Shown in pieces: positions 40,550 through 55,600 of a stretch of 64,000 bases of DNA. Position 1 is the first letter of the stretch. Every line of letters starts with the position of its first letter. The stretch comes from Auanema rhodensis. Its lineage: Eukaryota > Animalia > Nematoda. Location: contig OZ059898.1 in assembly GCA_964057225.1 (NCBI GenBank), forward strand, positions 16,678,001 to 16,742,000. Reading direction: 5' to 3'. A model generated the notes under the pieces. The model had not been told where the DNA came from. It did not search any database and saw only the letters and a list, made by a program, of their open reading frames with translations. A program made the translations under genes and the position numbers.

Positions 40550-43500
40550 ACGTGTACATTTAATTAGCATAAATTAAAGTTCACGTAAATTACAAAGTCA
40601 TGGTTACCATGAACCAATATCAATAAAAATTTGTTTTTAGACTAATATGGACATGGGGAATCTAATTTTGAAAACCGCATCTCTTTATCTTTCACGTGAA
40701 GCGAGTTACATACCAAGTGCACATCACGTGTACATTTAATTAGCATAAATTAAAGTTCACGTAAATTTCAAAGTCATGGTTACCATGAACCAATATCAAT
40801 AAAAATTTGTTTTTAGACTAATATGGACATGGGGAATCTAATTTTGAGAACCACATCTCTATATCTTTCACGTGAAGCGAGTTACATACCAAGTGCACAT
40901 CACGTGTACATTTAATTAGCATAAATTAAAGTTCACGTAAATTACAAAGTCATGGTTACCATGAACCAATATCAATAAAAATTTGTTTTAAGACTAATAT
41001 GGACATGAGGAATCTAATTTTGAAAACCGCATCTCTTTATCTTTCACGTGAAGCGAGTTACATACCAAGTGCACATCACGTAAACATTTAATTAGCATAA
41101 ATTAAAGTTCACGTAAATTTTAAAGTCATGGTTACCATGAACCAATATCAATAAAAATTTGTTTTTAGACTAATTTGGACATGGGGAATCTAGTTTTGAA
41201 AACCGCATCTCTTTATCTTTCACGTGAAGCGAGTTACATACCAAGTGCACATCACGTGTACATTTAATTAGCATAAATTAAAGTTCACGTAAATTACAAA
41301 GTCATGGTTACCATGAACCAATATCAATAAAAATTTGTTTTAAGACTAATATGGACATGAGGAATCTAATTTTGAAAACCGCATCTCTTTATCTTTCACG
41401 TGAAGCGAGTTACATACCAAGTGCACATCACGTAAACATTTAATTAGCATAAATTAAAGTTCACGTAAATTTCAAAGTCATGGTTACCATGCACCAATAT
41501 CAATAAAAATTTGTTTTTAGACTAATATGGACATGGGGAATCTAATTTTGAAAACTGCATCTCTTTATCTTTCACGTGAAGCGAGTTACATACCAAGTGC
41601 ACATCACGTGTACATTTAATTAGCATAAATTAAAGTTCACGTAAATTACAAAGTCATGGTTAACATGAACCAATATCAATAAAAATTTGTTTTTAGACTA
41701 ATATGGACATGGGGAATCTAATTTTGAAAACCGCATCTCTTTATCTTTCACGTGAAGCGAGTTACATACCAAGTGCACATCACGTGTACAATTAATTAGC
41801 ATAAATTAAAGTTCACGTAAATTACAAAGTCATGGTTACCATGAACCAATATCAATAAAAATTTGTTTTTAGACTAATATGGACATGGGGAATCTAATTT
41901 TGAAAACCGCATCTCTTTATCTTTCACGTGAAGCGAGTTACATACCAAGTGCACATCACGTGTACATTTAATTAGCATAAATTAAAGTTCACGTAAATTT
42001 CAAAGTCATGGTTACCATGAACCAATATCAATAAAAATTTGTTTTTAGACTAATATGGACATGGGGAATCTAATTTTGAAAACCGCATCTCTTTATCTTT
42101 CACGTGAAGCGAGTTACATACCAAGTGCACATCACGTGTACATTTAATTAGCATAAATTAAAGTTCACGTAAATTACAAAGTCATGGTTACCATGAACCA
42201 ATATCAATAAAAATTTGTTTTTAGACTAATATGGACATGGGGAATCTAATTTTGAAAACCGCATCTCTTTATCTTTCACGTGAAGCGAGTTACATACCAA
42301 GTGCACATCACGTGTACATTTAATTAGCATAAATTAAAGTTCACGTAAATTTCAAAGTCATGGTTACCATGAACCAATATCAATAAAAATTTGTTTTTAG
42401 ACTAATATGGACATGGGGAATCTAATTTTGAGAACCACATCTCTATATCTTTCACGTGAAGCGAGTTACATACCAAGTGCACATCACGTGTACATTTAAT
42501 TAGCATAAATTAAAGTTCACGTAAATTACAAAGTCATGGTTACCATGAACCAATATCAATAAAAATTTGTTTTAAGACTAATATGGACATGAGGAATCTA
42601 ATTTTGAAAACCGCATCTCTTTATCTTTCACGTGAAGCGAGTTACATACCAAGTGCACATCACGTAAACATTTAATTAGCATAAATTAAAGTTCACGTAA
42701 ATTTTAAAGTCATGGTTACCATGAACCAATATCAATAAAAATTTGTTTTTAGACTAATTTGGACATGGGGAATCTAGTTTTGAAAACCGCATCTCTTTAT
42801 CTTTCACGTGAAGCGAGTTACATACCAAGTGCACATCACGTGTACATTTAATTAGCATAAATTAAAGTTAACGTAAATTACAAAGTCATGGTTACCATGA
42901 ACCAATATCAATAAAAATTTGTTTTTAGACTAATATGGACATGGGGAATCTAATTTTGAAAACCGCATCTCTTTATCTTTCACGTGAAGCGAGTTACATA
43001 CCAAGTGCACATCACGTGTACATTTAATTAGCATAAATTAAAGTTCACGTAAATTTCAAAGTCATGGTTACCATGAACCAATATCAATAAAAATTTGTTT
43101 TTAGACTAATATGGACATGGGGAATCTAATTTTGAAAACCACATCTCTATATCTTTCACGTGAAGCGAGTTACATACCAAGTGCACATCACGTGTACATT
43201 TAATTAGCATAAATTAAAGTTCACGTAAATTACAAAGTCATGGTTACCATGAACCAATATCAATAAAAATTTGTTTTAAGACTAATATGGACATGAGGAA
43301 TCTAATTTTGAAAACCGCATCTCTTTATCTTTCACGTGAAGCGAGTTACATACCAAGTGCACATCACGTAAACATTTAATTAGCATAAATTAAAGTTCAC
43401 GTAAATTTCAAAGTCATGGTTACCATGAACCAATATCAATAAAAATTTGTTTTTAGACTAATATGGACATGGGGAATCTAGTTTTGAAAACCGCATCTCT

Positions 43501-46200
43501 TTATCTTTCACGTGAAGCGAGTTACATACCAAGTGCACATCACGTGTACATTTAATTAGCATAAATTGAAGTTCACGTAAATTTCAAAGTCATGGTTACC
43601 ATTAACCAATATCAATGAAAATTTGTTTTTAGACTAATATGGACATGGGGAATCTAATTTTGAAAACCGCATCTTTTTATCTTTCACGTGAAGCGAGTTA
43701 CATACCAAGTGCACATCACGTAAACATTTAATTAGCATAAATTAAAGTTCACGTAAATTACAAAGTCATGGTTACCATGAACCAATATCAATAAAAATTT
43801 GTTTTAAGACTAATATGGACATGAGGAATCTAATTTTGAAAACCGCATCTCTTTATCTTTCACGTGAAGCGAGTTACATACCAAGTGCACATCACGTGTA
43901 CATTTAATTAGCATAAATTAAAGTTCACGTAAATTACAAAGTCATGGTTACCATGAACCAATATCAATAAAAATTTGTTTTTAGACTAATATGGACATGG
44001 GGAATCTAATTTTGAAAACCGCATCTCTTTATCTTTCACGTGAAGCGAGTTACATACCAAGTGCACATCACGTGTACATTTAATTAGCATAAATTAAAGT
44101 TCACGTAAATTTCAAAGTCATGGTTACCATGAACCAATATCAATAAAAATTTGTTTTTAGACTAATATGGACATGGGGAATCTAATTTTGAGAACCACAT
44201 CTCTATATCTTTCACGTGAAGCGAGTTACATACCAAGTGCACATCACGTGTACATTTAATTAGCATAAATTAAAGTTCACGTAAATTACAAAGTCATGGT
44301 TACCATGAACCAATATCAATAAAAATTTGTTTTAAGACTAATATGGACATGAGGAATCTAATTTTGAAAACCGCATCTCTTTATCTTTCACGTGAAGCGA
44401 GTTACATACCAAGTGCACATCACGTAAACATTTAATTAGCATAAATTAAAGTTCACGTAAATTTTAAAGTCATGGTTACCATGAACCAATATCAATAAAA
44501 ATTTGTTTTTAGACTAATTTGGACATGGGGAATCTAGTTTTGAAAACCGCATCTCTTTATCTTTCACGTGAAGCGAGTTACATACCAAGTGCACATCACG
44601 TGTACATTTAATTAGCATAAATTAAAGTTCACGTAAATTACAAAGTCATGGTTACCATGAACCAATATCAATAAAAATTTGTTTTAAGACTAATATGGAC
44701 ATGAGGAATCTAATTTTGAAAACCGCATCTCTTTATCTTTCACGTGAAGCGAGTTACATACCAAGTGCACATCACGTAAACATTTAATTAGCATAAATTA
44801 AAGTTCACGTAAATTTCAAAGTCATGGTTACCATGCACCAATATCAATAAAAATTTGTTTTTAGACTAATATGGACATGGGGAATCTAATTTTGAAAACT
44901 GCATCTCTTTATCTTTCACGTGAAGCGAGTTACATACCAAGTGCACATCACGTGTACATTTAATTAGCATAAATTAAAGTTCACGTAAATTACAAAGTCA
45001 TGGTTAACATGAACCAATATCAATAAAAATTTGTTTTTAGACTAATATGGACATGGGGAATCTAATTTTGAAAACCGCATCTCTTTATCTTTCACGTGAA
45101 GCGAGTTACATACCAAGTGCACATCACGTGTACAATTAATTAGCATAAATTAAAGTTCACGTAAATTACAAAGTCATGGTTACCATGAACCAATATCAAT
45201 AAAAATTTGTTTTTAGACTAATATGGACATGGGGAATCTAATTTTGAAAACCGCATCTCTTTATCTTTCACGTGAAGCGAGTTACATACCAAGTGCACAT
45301 CACGTGTACATTTAATTAGCATAAATTAAAGTTCACGTAAATTTCAAAGTCATGGTTACCATGAACCAATATCAATAAAAATTTGTTTTTAGACTAATAT
45401 GGACATGGGGAATCTAATTTTGAAAACCGCATCTCTTTATCTTTCACGTGAAGCGAGTTACATACCAAGTGCACATCACGTGTACATTTAATTAGCATAA
45501 ATTAAAGTTCACGTAAATTACAAAGTCATGGTTACCATGAACCAATATCAATAAAAATTTGTTTTTAGACTAATATGGACATGGGGAATCTAATTTTGAA
45601 AACCGCATCTCTTTATCTTTCACGTGAAGCGAGTTACATACCAAGTGCACATCACGTGTACATTTAATTAGCATAAATTAAAGTTCACGTAAATTTCAAA
45701 GTCATGGTTACCATGAACCAATATCAATAAAAATTTGTTTTTAGACTAATATGGACATGGGGAATCTAATTTTGAGAACCACATCTCTATATCTTTCACG
45801 TGAAGCGAGTTACATACCAAGTGCACATCACGTGTACATTTAATTAGCATAAATTAAAGTTCACGTAAATTACAAAGTCATGGTTACCATGAACCAATAT
45901 CAATAAAAATTTGTTTTAAGACTAATATGGACATGAGGAATCTAATTTTGAAAACCGCATCTCTTTATCTTTCACGTGAAGCGAGTTACATACCAAGTGC
46001 ACATCACGTAAACATTTAATTAGCATAAATTAAAGTTCACGTAAATTTTAAAGTCATGGTTACCATGAACCAATATCAATAAAAATTTGTTTTTAGACTA
46101 ATTTGGACATGGGGAATCTAGTTTTGAAAACCGCATCTCTTTATCTTTCACGTGAAGCGAGTTACATACCAAGTGCACATCACGTGTACATTTAATTAGC
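40550..46200. repeat. 19-monomer-offset (3344-bp) block duplication; boundaries approximate
   Basis: Rare SNPs recur at +3344: 40848/44192, 41556/44900 and 42432/45776. Confidence 0.75.
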
Positions 46201-49200
46201 ATAAATTGAAGTTCACGTAAATTTCAAAGTCATGGTTACCATTAACCAATATCAATGAAAATTTGTTTTTAGACTAATATGGACATGGGGAATCTAATTT
46301 TGAAAACCGCATCTCTTTATCTTTCACGTGAAGCGAGTTACATACCAAGTGCACATCACGTGTACATTTAATTAGCATAAATTAAAGTTAACGTAAATTA
46401 CAAAGTCATGGTTACCATGAACCAATATCAATAAAAATTTGTTTTTAGACTAATATGGACATGGGGAATCTAATTTTGAAAACCGCATCTCTTTATCTTT
46501 CACGTGAAGCGAGTTACATACCAAGTGCACATCACGTGTACATTTAATTAGCATAAATTAAAGTTCACGTAAATTTCAAAGTCATGGTTACCATGAACCA
46601 ATATCAATAAAAATTTGTTTTTAGACTAATATGGACATGGGGAATCTAATTTTGAAAACCACATCTCTATATCTTTCACGTGAAGCGAGTTACATACCAA
46701 GTGCACATCACGTGTACATTTAATTAGCATAAATTAAAGTTCACGTAAATTACAAAGTCATGGTTACCATGAACCAATATCAATAAAAATTTGTTTTAAG
46801 ACTAATATGGACATGAGGAATCTAATTTTGAAAACCGCATCTCTTTATCTTTCACGTGAAGCGAGTTACATACCAAGTGCACATCACGTAAACATTTAAT
46901 TAGCATAAATTAAAGTTCACGTAAATTTCAAAGTCATGGTTACCATGAACCAATATCAATAAAAATTTGTTTTTAGACTAATATGGACATGGGGAATCTA
47001 GTTTTGAAAACCGCATCTCTTTATCTTTCACGTGAAGCGAGTTACATACCAAGTGCACATCACGTGTACATTTAATTAGCATAAATTGAAGTTCACGTAA
47101 ATTTCAAAGTCATGGTTACCATTAACCAATATCAATGAAAATTTGTTTTTAGACTAATATGGACATGGGGAATCTAATTTTGAAAACCGCATCTTTTTAT
47201 CTTTCACGTGAAGCGAGTTACATACCAAGTGCACATCACGTAAACATTTAATTAGCATAAATTAAAGTTCACGTAAATTACAAAGTCATGGTTACCATGA
47301 ACCAATATCAATAAAAATTTGTTTTAAGACTAATATGGACATGAGGAATCTAATTTTGAAAACCGCATCTCTTTATCTTTCACGTGAAGCGAGTTACATA
47401 CCAAGTGCACATCACGTGTACATTTAATTAGCATAAATTGAAGTTCACGTAAATTTCAAAGTCATGGTTACCATGAACCAATATCAATAAAAATTTGTTT
47501 TAAGACTAATATGGACATGAGGAATCTAATTTTGAAAACCGCATCTTTTTATCTTTCACGTGAAGCGAGTTACATACCAAGTGCACATCACGTAAACATT
47601 TAATTAGCATAAATTAAAGTTCACGTAAATTACAAAGTCATGGTTACCATGAACCAATATCAATAAAAATTTGTTTTTAGACTAATTTGGACATGGGGAA
47701 TCTAGTTTTGAAAACCGCATCTCTTTATCTTTCACGTGAAGCGAGTTACATACCAAGTGCACATCACGTGTACATTTAATTAGCATAAATTGAAGTTCAC
47801 GTAAATTTCAAAGTCATGGTTACCATGAACCAATATCAATGAAAATTTGTTTTTAGACTAATATGGACATGGGGAATCTAATTTTGAAAACCGCATCTTT
47901 TTATCTTTCACGTGAAGCGAGTTACATACCAAGTGCACATCACGTAAACATTTAATTAGCATAAATTAAAGTTCACGTAAATTACAAAGTCATGGTTACC
48001 ATGAACCAATATCAATAAAAATTTGTTTTTAGACTAATTTGGACATGGGGAATCTAGTTTTGAAAACCGCATCTCTTTATCTTTCACGTGAAGCGAGTTA
48101 CATACCAAGTGCACATCACGTGTACATTTAATTAGCATAAATTGAAGTTCACGTAAATTTCAAAGTCATGGTTACCATGAACCAATATCAATAAAAATTT
48201 GTTTTAAGACTAATATGGACATGAGGAATCTAATTTTGAAAACCGCATCTCTTTATCTTTCACGTGAAGCGAGTTACATACCAAGTGCACATCACGTAAA
48301 CATTTAATTAGCATAAATTAAAGTTCACGTAAATTTTAAAGTCATGGTTACCATGAACCAATATCAATAAAAATTTGTTTTTAGACTAATTTGGACATGG
48401 GGAATCTAGTTTTGAAAACCGCATCTCTTTATCTTTCACGTGAAGCGAGTTACATACCAAGTGCACATCACGTGTACATTTAATTAGCATAAATTGAAGT
48501 TCACGTAAATTTCAAAGTCATGGTTACCATTAACCAATATCAATGAAAATTTGTTTTTAGACTAATATGGACATGGGGAATCTAATTTTGAAAACCGCAT
48601 CTCTTTATCTTTCACGTGAAGCGAGTTACATACCAAGTGCACATCACGTGTACATTTAATTAGCATAAATTAAAGTTCACGTAAATTACAAAGTCATGGT
48701 TACCATGAACCAATATCAATAAAAATTTGTTTTTAGACTAATATGGACATGGGGAATCTAATTTTGAAAACCGCATCTCTTTATCTTTCACGTGAAGCGA
48801 GTTACATACCAAGTGCACATCACGTGTACATTTAATTAGCATAAATTAAAGTTCACGTAAATTTCAAAGTCATGGTTACCATGAACCAATATCAATAAAA
48901 ATTTGTTTTTAGACTAATATGGACATGGGGAATCTAATTTTGAAAACCACATCTCTATATCTTTCACGTGAAGCGAGTTACATACCAAGTGCACATCACG
49001 TGTACATTTAATTAGCATAAATTAAAGTTCACGTAAATTACAAAGTCATGGTTACCATGAACCAATATCAATAAAAATTTGTTTTAAGACTAATATGGAC
49101 ATGAGGAATCTAATTTTGAAAACCGCATCTCTTTATCTTTCACGTGAAGCGAGTTACATACCAAGTGCACATCACGTAAACATTTAATTAGCATAAATTA

Positions 49201-49699
49201 AAGTTCACGTAAATTTCAAAGTCATGGTTACCATGAACCAATATCAATAAAAATTTGTTTTTAGACTAATATGGACATGGGGAATCTAGTTTTGAAAACC
49301 GCATCTCTTTATCTTTCACGTGAAGCGAGTTACATACCAAGTGCACATCACGTGTACATTTAATTAGCATAAATTGAAGTTCACGTAAATTTCAAAGTCA
49401 TGGTTACCATTAACCAATATCAATGAAAATTTGTTTTTAGACTAATATGGACATGGGGAATCTAATTTTGAAAACCGCATCTTTTTATCTTTCACGTGAA
49501 GCGAGTTACATACCAAGTGCACATCACGTAAACATTTAATTAGCATAAATTAAAGTTCACGTAAATTTCAAAGTCATGGTTACCATGCACCAATATCAAT
49601 AAAAATTTGTTTTTAGACTAATATGGACATGGGGAATCTAATTTTGAAAACCGCATCTCTTTATCTTTCACGTGAAGCGAGTTACATACCAAGTGCACA

Positions 49700-52600
49700 T
49701 CACGTGTACATTTAATTAGCATAAATTAAAGTTCACGTAAATTTCAAAGTCATGGTTACCATGAACCAATATCAATAAAAATTTGTTTTTAGACTAGGAT
49801 GGACATGGGGAATCTAATTTTGAAAACCGCATCTCTTTATCTTTCACGTGAAGCGAGTTACATACCAAGTGCACATCACGTGTACATTTAATTAGCATAA
49901 ATTAAAGTTCACGTAAATTTAAAAGTCATGGTTACCATGAACCAATATCAATAAAAATTTGTTTTTAGACTAATATGGACATGGGGAATCTAATTTTGAA
50001 AACCGCATCTCTTTATCTTTCACGTGAAGCGAGTTACATACCAAGTGCACATCAAGTGTACATTTAATTAGCATAAATTAAAGTTCACGTAAATTTCAAA
50101 GTCATGTTTACCATGAACCAATATCAATAAAAATTTGTTTTTAGACTAGGATGGACATGGGGAATCTAATTTTGAAAACCGCATCTCTTTATATTTCACG
50201 TGAAGCGAGTTACATACCAAGTGCACATCACGTGTACATTTAATTAGCATAAATTAAAGTTCACGTAAATTTCAAAGTCATGGTTACCATGCACCAATAT
50301 CAATAAAAATTTGTTTTTAGACTAATATGGACATGGGGAATCTAATTTTGAAAACCGCATCTCTTTATCTTTCACGTGAAGCGAGTTACATACCAAGTGC
50401 ACATCACGTGTACATTTAATTAGCATAAATTAAAGTTCACGTAAATTTCAAAGTCATGGTTACCATGAACCAATATCAATAAAAATTTGTTTTTAAACTA
50501 ATATGGACATGGGGAATCTAATTTTGAAAACCGCATCTCTTTATCTTTCACGTGAAGCGAGTTACATACCAAGTGCACATCACGTGTACATTTAATTAGC
50601 ATAAATTAAAGTTCACGTAAATTTCAAAGTCATGGTTACCATGAACCAATATCAATAAAAATTTGTTTTTAAACTAATATGGACATGGGGAATCTAATTT
50701 TGAAAACCGCATCTCTTTATCTTTCACGTGAAGCGAGTTACATACCAAGTGCACATCACGTGTACATTTAATTAGCATAAATTAAAGTTCACGTAAATTT
50801 CAAAGTCATGGTTACCATGAACCAATATCAATAAAAATTTGTTTTTAGACTAGGATGGACATGGGGAATCTAATTTTGAAAACCGCATCTCTTTATCTTT
50901 CACGTGAAGCGAGTTACATACCAAGTGCACATCACGTGTACATTTAATTAGCATAAATTAAAGTTCACGTAAATTTCAAAGTCATGGTTACCATGAACCA
51001 ATATCAATAAAAATTTGTTTTTAGACTAATATGGACATGGGGAATCTAATTATGAAAACCGCATCTCTTTATCTTTCACGTGAAGCGAGTTACATACCAA
51101 GTGCACATCACGTGTACATTTAATTAGCATAAATTAAAGTTCACGTAAATTTCAAAGTCATGTTTACCATGAACCAATATCAATAAAAATTTGTTTTTAG
51201 ACTAGGATGGACATGGGGAATCTAATTTTGAAAACCGCATCTCTTTATCTTTCACGTGAAGCGAGTTACATACCAAGTGCACATCACGTGTACATTTAAT
51301 TAGCATAAATTAAAGTTCACGTAAATTTCAAAGTCATGGTTACCATGCACCAATATCAATAAAAATTTGTTTTTAGACTAATATGGACATGGGGAATCTA
51401 ATTTTGAAAACCGCATCTCTTTATCTTTCACGTGAAGCGAGTTACATACCAAGTGCACATCACGTGTACATTTAATTAGCATAAATTAAAGTTCACGTAA
51501 ATTTCAAAGTCATGGTTACCATGAACCAATATCAATAAAAATTTGTTTTTAAACTAATATGGACATGGGGAATCTAATTTTGAAAACCGCATCTCTTTAT
51601 CTTTCACGTGAAGCGAGTTACATACCAAGTGCACATCACGTGTACATTTAATTAGCATAAATTAAAGTTCACGTAAATTTCAAAGTCATGGTTACCATGA
51701 ACCAATATCAATAAAAATTTGTTTTTAAACTAATATGGACATGGGGAATCTAATTTTGAAAACCGCATCTCTTTATCTTTCACGTGAAGCGAGTTACATA
51801 CCAAGTGCACATCACGTGTACATTTAATTAGCATAAATTAAAGTTCACGTAAATTTCAAAGTCATGGTTACCATGAACCAATATCAATAAAAATTTGTTT
51901 TTAGACTAGGATGGACATGGGGAATCTAATTTTGAAAACCGCATCTCTTTATCTTTCACGTGAAGCGAGTTACATACCAAGTGCACATCACGTGTACATT
52001 TAATTAGCATAAATTAAAGTTCACGTAAATTTCAAAGTCATGGTTACCATGAACCAATATCAATAAAAATTTGTTTTTAGACTAATATGGACATGGGGAA
52101 TCTAATTATGAAAACCGCATCTCTTTATCTTTCACGTGAAGCGAGTTACATACCAAATGCACATCACGTGTACATTTAATTAGCATAAATTAAAGTTCAC
52201 GTAAATTTCAAAGTCATGTTTACCATGAACCAATATCAATAAAAATTTGTTTTTAGACTAGGATGGACATGGGGAATCTAATTTTGAAAACCGCATCTCT
52301 TTATCTTTCACGTGAAGCGAGTTACATACCAAGTGCACATCACGTGTACATTTAATTAGCATAAATTAAAGTTCACGTAAATTTCAAAGTCATGGTTACC
52401 ATGCACCAATATCAATAAAAATTTGTTTTTAGACTAATATGGACATGGGGAATCTAATTTTGAAAACCGCATCTCTTTATCTTTCACGTGAAGCGAGTTA
52501 CATACCAAGTGCACATCACGTGTACATTTAATTAGCATAAATTAAAGTTCACGTAAATTTCAAAGTCATGGTTACCATGAACCAATATCAATAAAAATTT

Positions 52601-55600
52601 GTTTTTAAACTAATATGGACATGGGGAATCTAATTTTGAAAACCGCATCTCTTTATCTTTCACGTGAAGCGAGTTACATACCAAGTGCACATCACGTGTA
52701 CATTTAATTAGCATAAATTAAAGTTCACGTAAATTTCAAAGTCATGGTTACCATGAACCAATATCAATAAAAATTTGTTTTTAGACTAATATGGACATGG
52801 GGAATCTAATTTTGAAAACCGCATCTCTTTATCTTTCACGTGAAGCGAGTTACATACCAAGTGCACATCACGTGTACATTTAATTAGCATAAATTAAAGT
52901 TCACGTAAATTTCAAAGTCATGGTTACCATGAACTAATATCAACAAAAATTTGTTTTGAGACTAATATGGACATGGGGAATCTAATTTTGAAAACCGCAT
53001 CTCTTTATCTTTCACGTGAAGCGAGTTACATACCAAGTGCACATCACGTGTACATTTAATTAGCATAAATTAAAGTTCACGTAAATTTCAAAGACATGGT
53101 TACCATGAACCAATATCAATAAAAATTTGTTTTTAGACTAATATGGACATGGGGAATCTAATTTTGAAAACCATATCTCTTTATCTTTCACGTGAAGCGA
53201 GTTACATACCAAGTACACATCACGTGTACATTTAATTAGCATAAATTAAAGTTCACGTAAATTTCAAAGTCATGGTTACCATGCACCAATATCAATAAAA
53301 ATTTGTTTTTAGACTAATATGGACATGGGGAATCTAATTTTGAAAACCGCATCTCTTTATCTTTCACGTGAAGCGAGTTACATACCAAGTGCACATCACG
53401 TGTACATTTAATTAGCATAAATTAAAGTTCACGTAAATTTCAAAGTCATGGTTACCATGAACCAATATCAATAAAAATTTGTTTTTAGACTAGGATGGAC
53501 ATGGGGAATCTAATTTTGAAAACCGCATCTCTTTATCTTTCACGTGAAGCGAGTTACATACCAAGTGCACATCACGTGTACATTTAATTAGCATAAATTA
53601 AAGTTCACGTAAATTTCAAAGTCATGGTTACCATGAACCAATATCAATAAAAATTTGTTTTTAGACTAGGATGGACATGGGGAATCTAATTTTGAAAACC
53701 GCATCTCTTTATCTTTCACGTGAAGCGAGTTACATACCAAGTGCACATCACGTGTACATTTAATTAGCATAAATTAAAGTTCACGTAAATTTAAAAGTCA
53801 TGGTTACCATGAACCAATATCAATAAAAATTTGTTTTTAGACTAATATGGACATGGGGAATCTAATTTTGAAAACCGCATCTCTTTATCTTTCACGTGAA
53901 GCGAGTTACATACCAAGTGCACATCAAGTGTACATTTAATTAGCATAAATTAAAGTTCACGTAAATTTCAAAGTCATGTTTACCATGAACCAATATCAAT
54001 AAAAATTTGTTTTTAGACTAGGATGGACATGGGGAATCTAATTTTGAAAACCGCATCTCTTTATATTTCACGTGAAGCGAGTTACATACCAAGTGCACAT
54101 CACGTGTACATTTAATTAGCATAAATTAAAGTTCACGTAAATTTCAAAGTCATGGTTACCATGCACCAATATCAATAAAAATTTGTTTTTAGACTAATAT
54201 GGACATGGGGAATCTAATTTTGAAAACCGCATCTCTTTATCTTTCACGTGAAGCGAGTTACATACCAAGTGCACATCACGTGTACATTTAATTAGCATAA
54301 ATTAAAGTTCACGTAAATTTCAAAGTCATGGTTACCATGAACCAATATCAATAAAAATTTGTTTTTAAACTAATATGGACATGGGGAATCTAATTTTGAA
54401 AACCGCATCTCTTTATCTTTCACGTGAAGCGAGTTACATACCAAGTGCACATCACGTGTACATTTAATTAGCATAAATTAAAGTTCACGTAAATTTCAAA
54501 GTCATGGTTACCATGAACCAATATCAATAAAAATTTGTTTTTAAACTAATATGGACATGGGGAATCTAATTTTGAAAACCGCATCTCTTTATCTTTCACG
54601 TGAAGCGAGTTACATACCAAGTGCACATCACGTGTACATTTAATTAGCATAAATTAAAGTTCACGTAAATTTCAAAGTCATGGTTACCATGAACCAATAT
54701 CAATAAAAATTTGTTTTTAGACTAGGATGGACATGGGGAATCTAATTTTGAAAACCGCATCTCTTTATCTTTCACGTGAAGCGAGTTACATACCAAGTGC
54801 ACATCACGTGTACATTTAATTAGCATAAATTAAAGTTCACGTAAATTTCAAAGTCATGGTTACCATGAACCAATATCAATAAAAATTTGTTTTTAGACTA
54901 ATATGGACATGGGGAATCTAATTATGAAAACCGCATCTCTTTATCTTTCACGTGAAGCGAGTTACATACCAAGTGCACATCACGTGTACATTTAATTAGC
55001 ATAAATTAAAGTTCACGTAAATTTCAAAGTCATGTTTACCATGAACCAATATCAATAAAAATTTGTTTTTAGACTAGGATGGACATGGGGAATCTAATTT
55101 TGAAAACCGCATCTCTTTATCTTTCACGTGAAGCGAGTTACATACCAAGTGCACATCACGTGTACATTTAATTAGCATAAATTAAAGTTCACGTAAATTT
55201 CAAAGTCATGGTTACCATGCACCAATATCAATAAAAATTTGTTTTTAGACTAATATGGACATGGGGAATCTAATTTTGAAAACCGCATCTCTTTATCTTT
55301 CACGTGAAGCGAGTTACATACCAAGTGCACATCACGTGTACATTTAATTAGCATAAATTAAAGTTCACGTAAATTTCAAAGTCATGGTTACCATGAACCA
55401 ATATCAATAAAAATTTGTTTTTAAACTAATATGGACATGGGGAATCTAATTTTGAAAACCGCATCTCTTTATCTTTCACGTGAAGCGAGTTACATACCAA
55501 GTGCACATCACGTGTACATTTAATTAGCATAAATTAAAGTTCACGTAAATTTCAAAGTCATGGTTACCATGAACCAATATCAATAAAAATTTGTTTTTAA

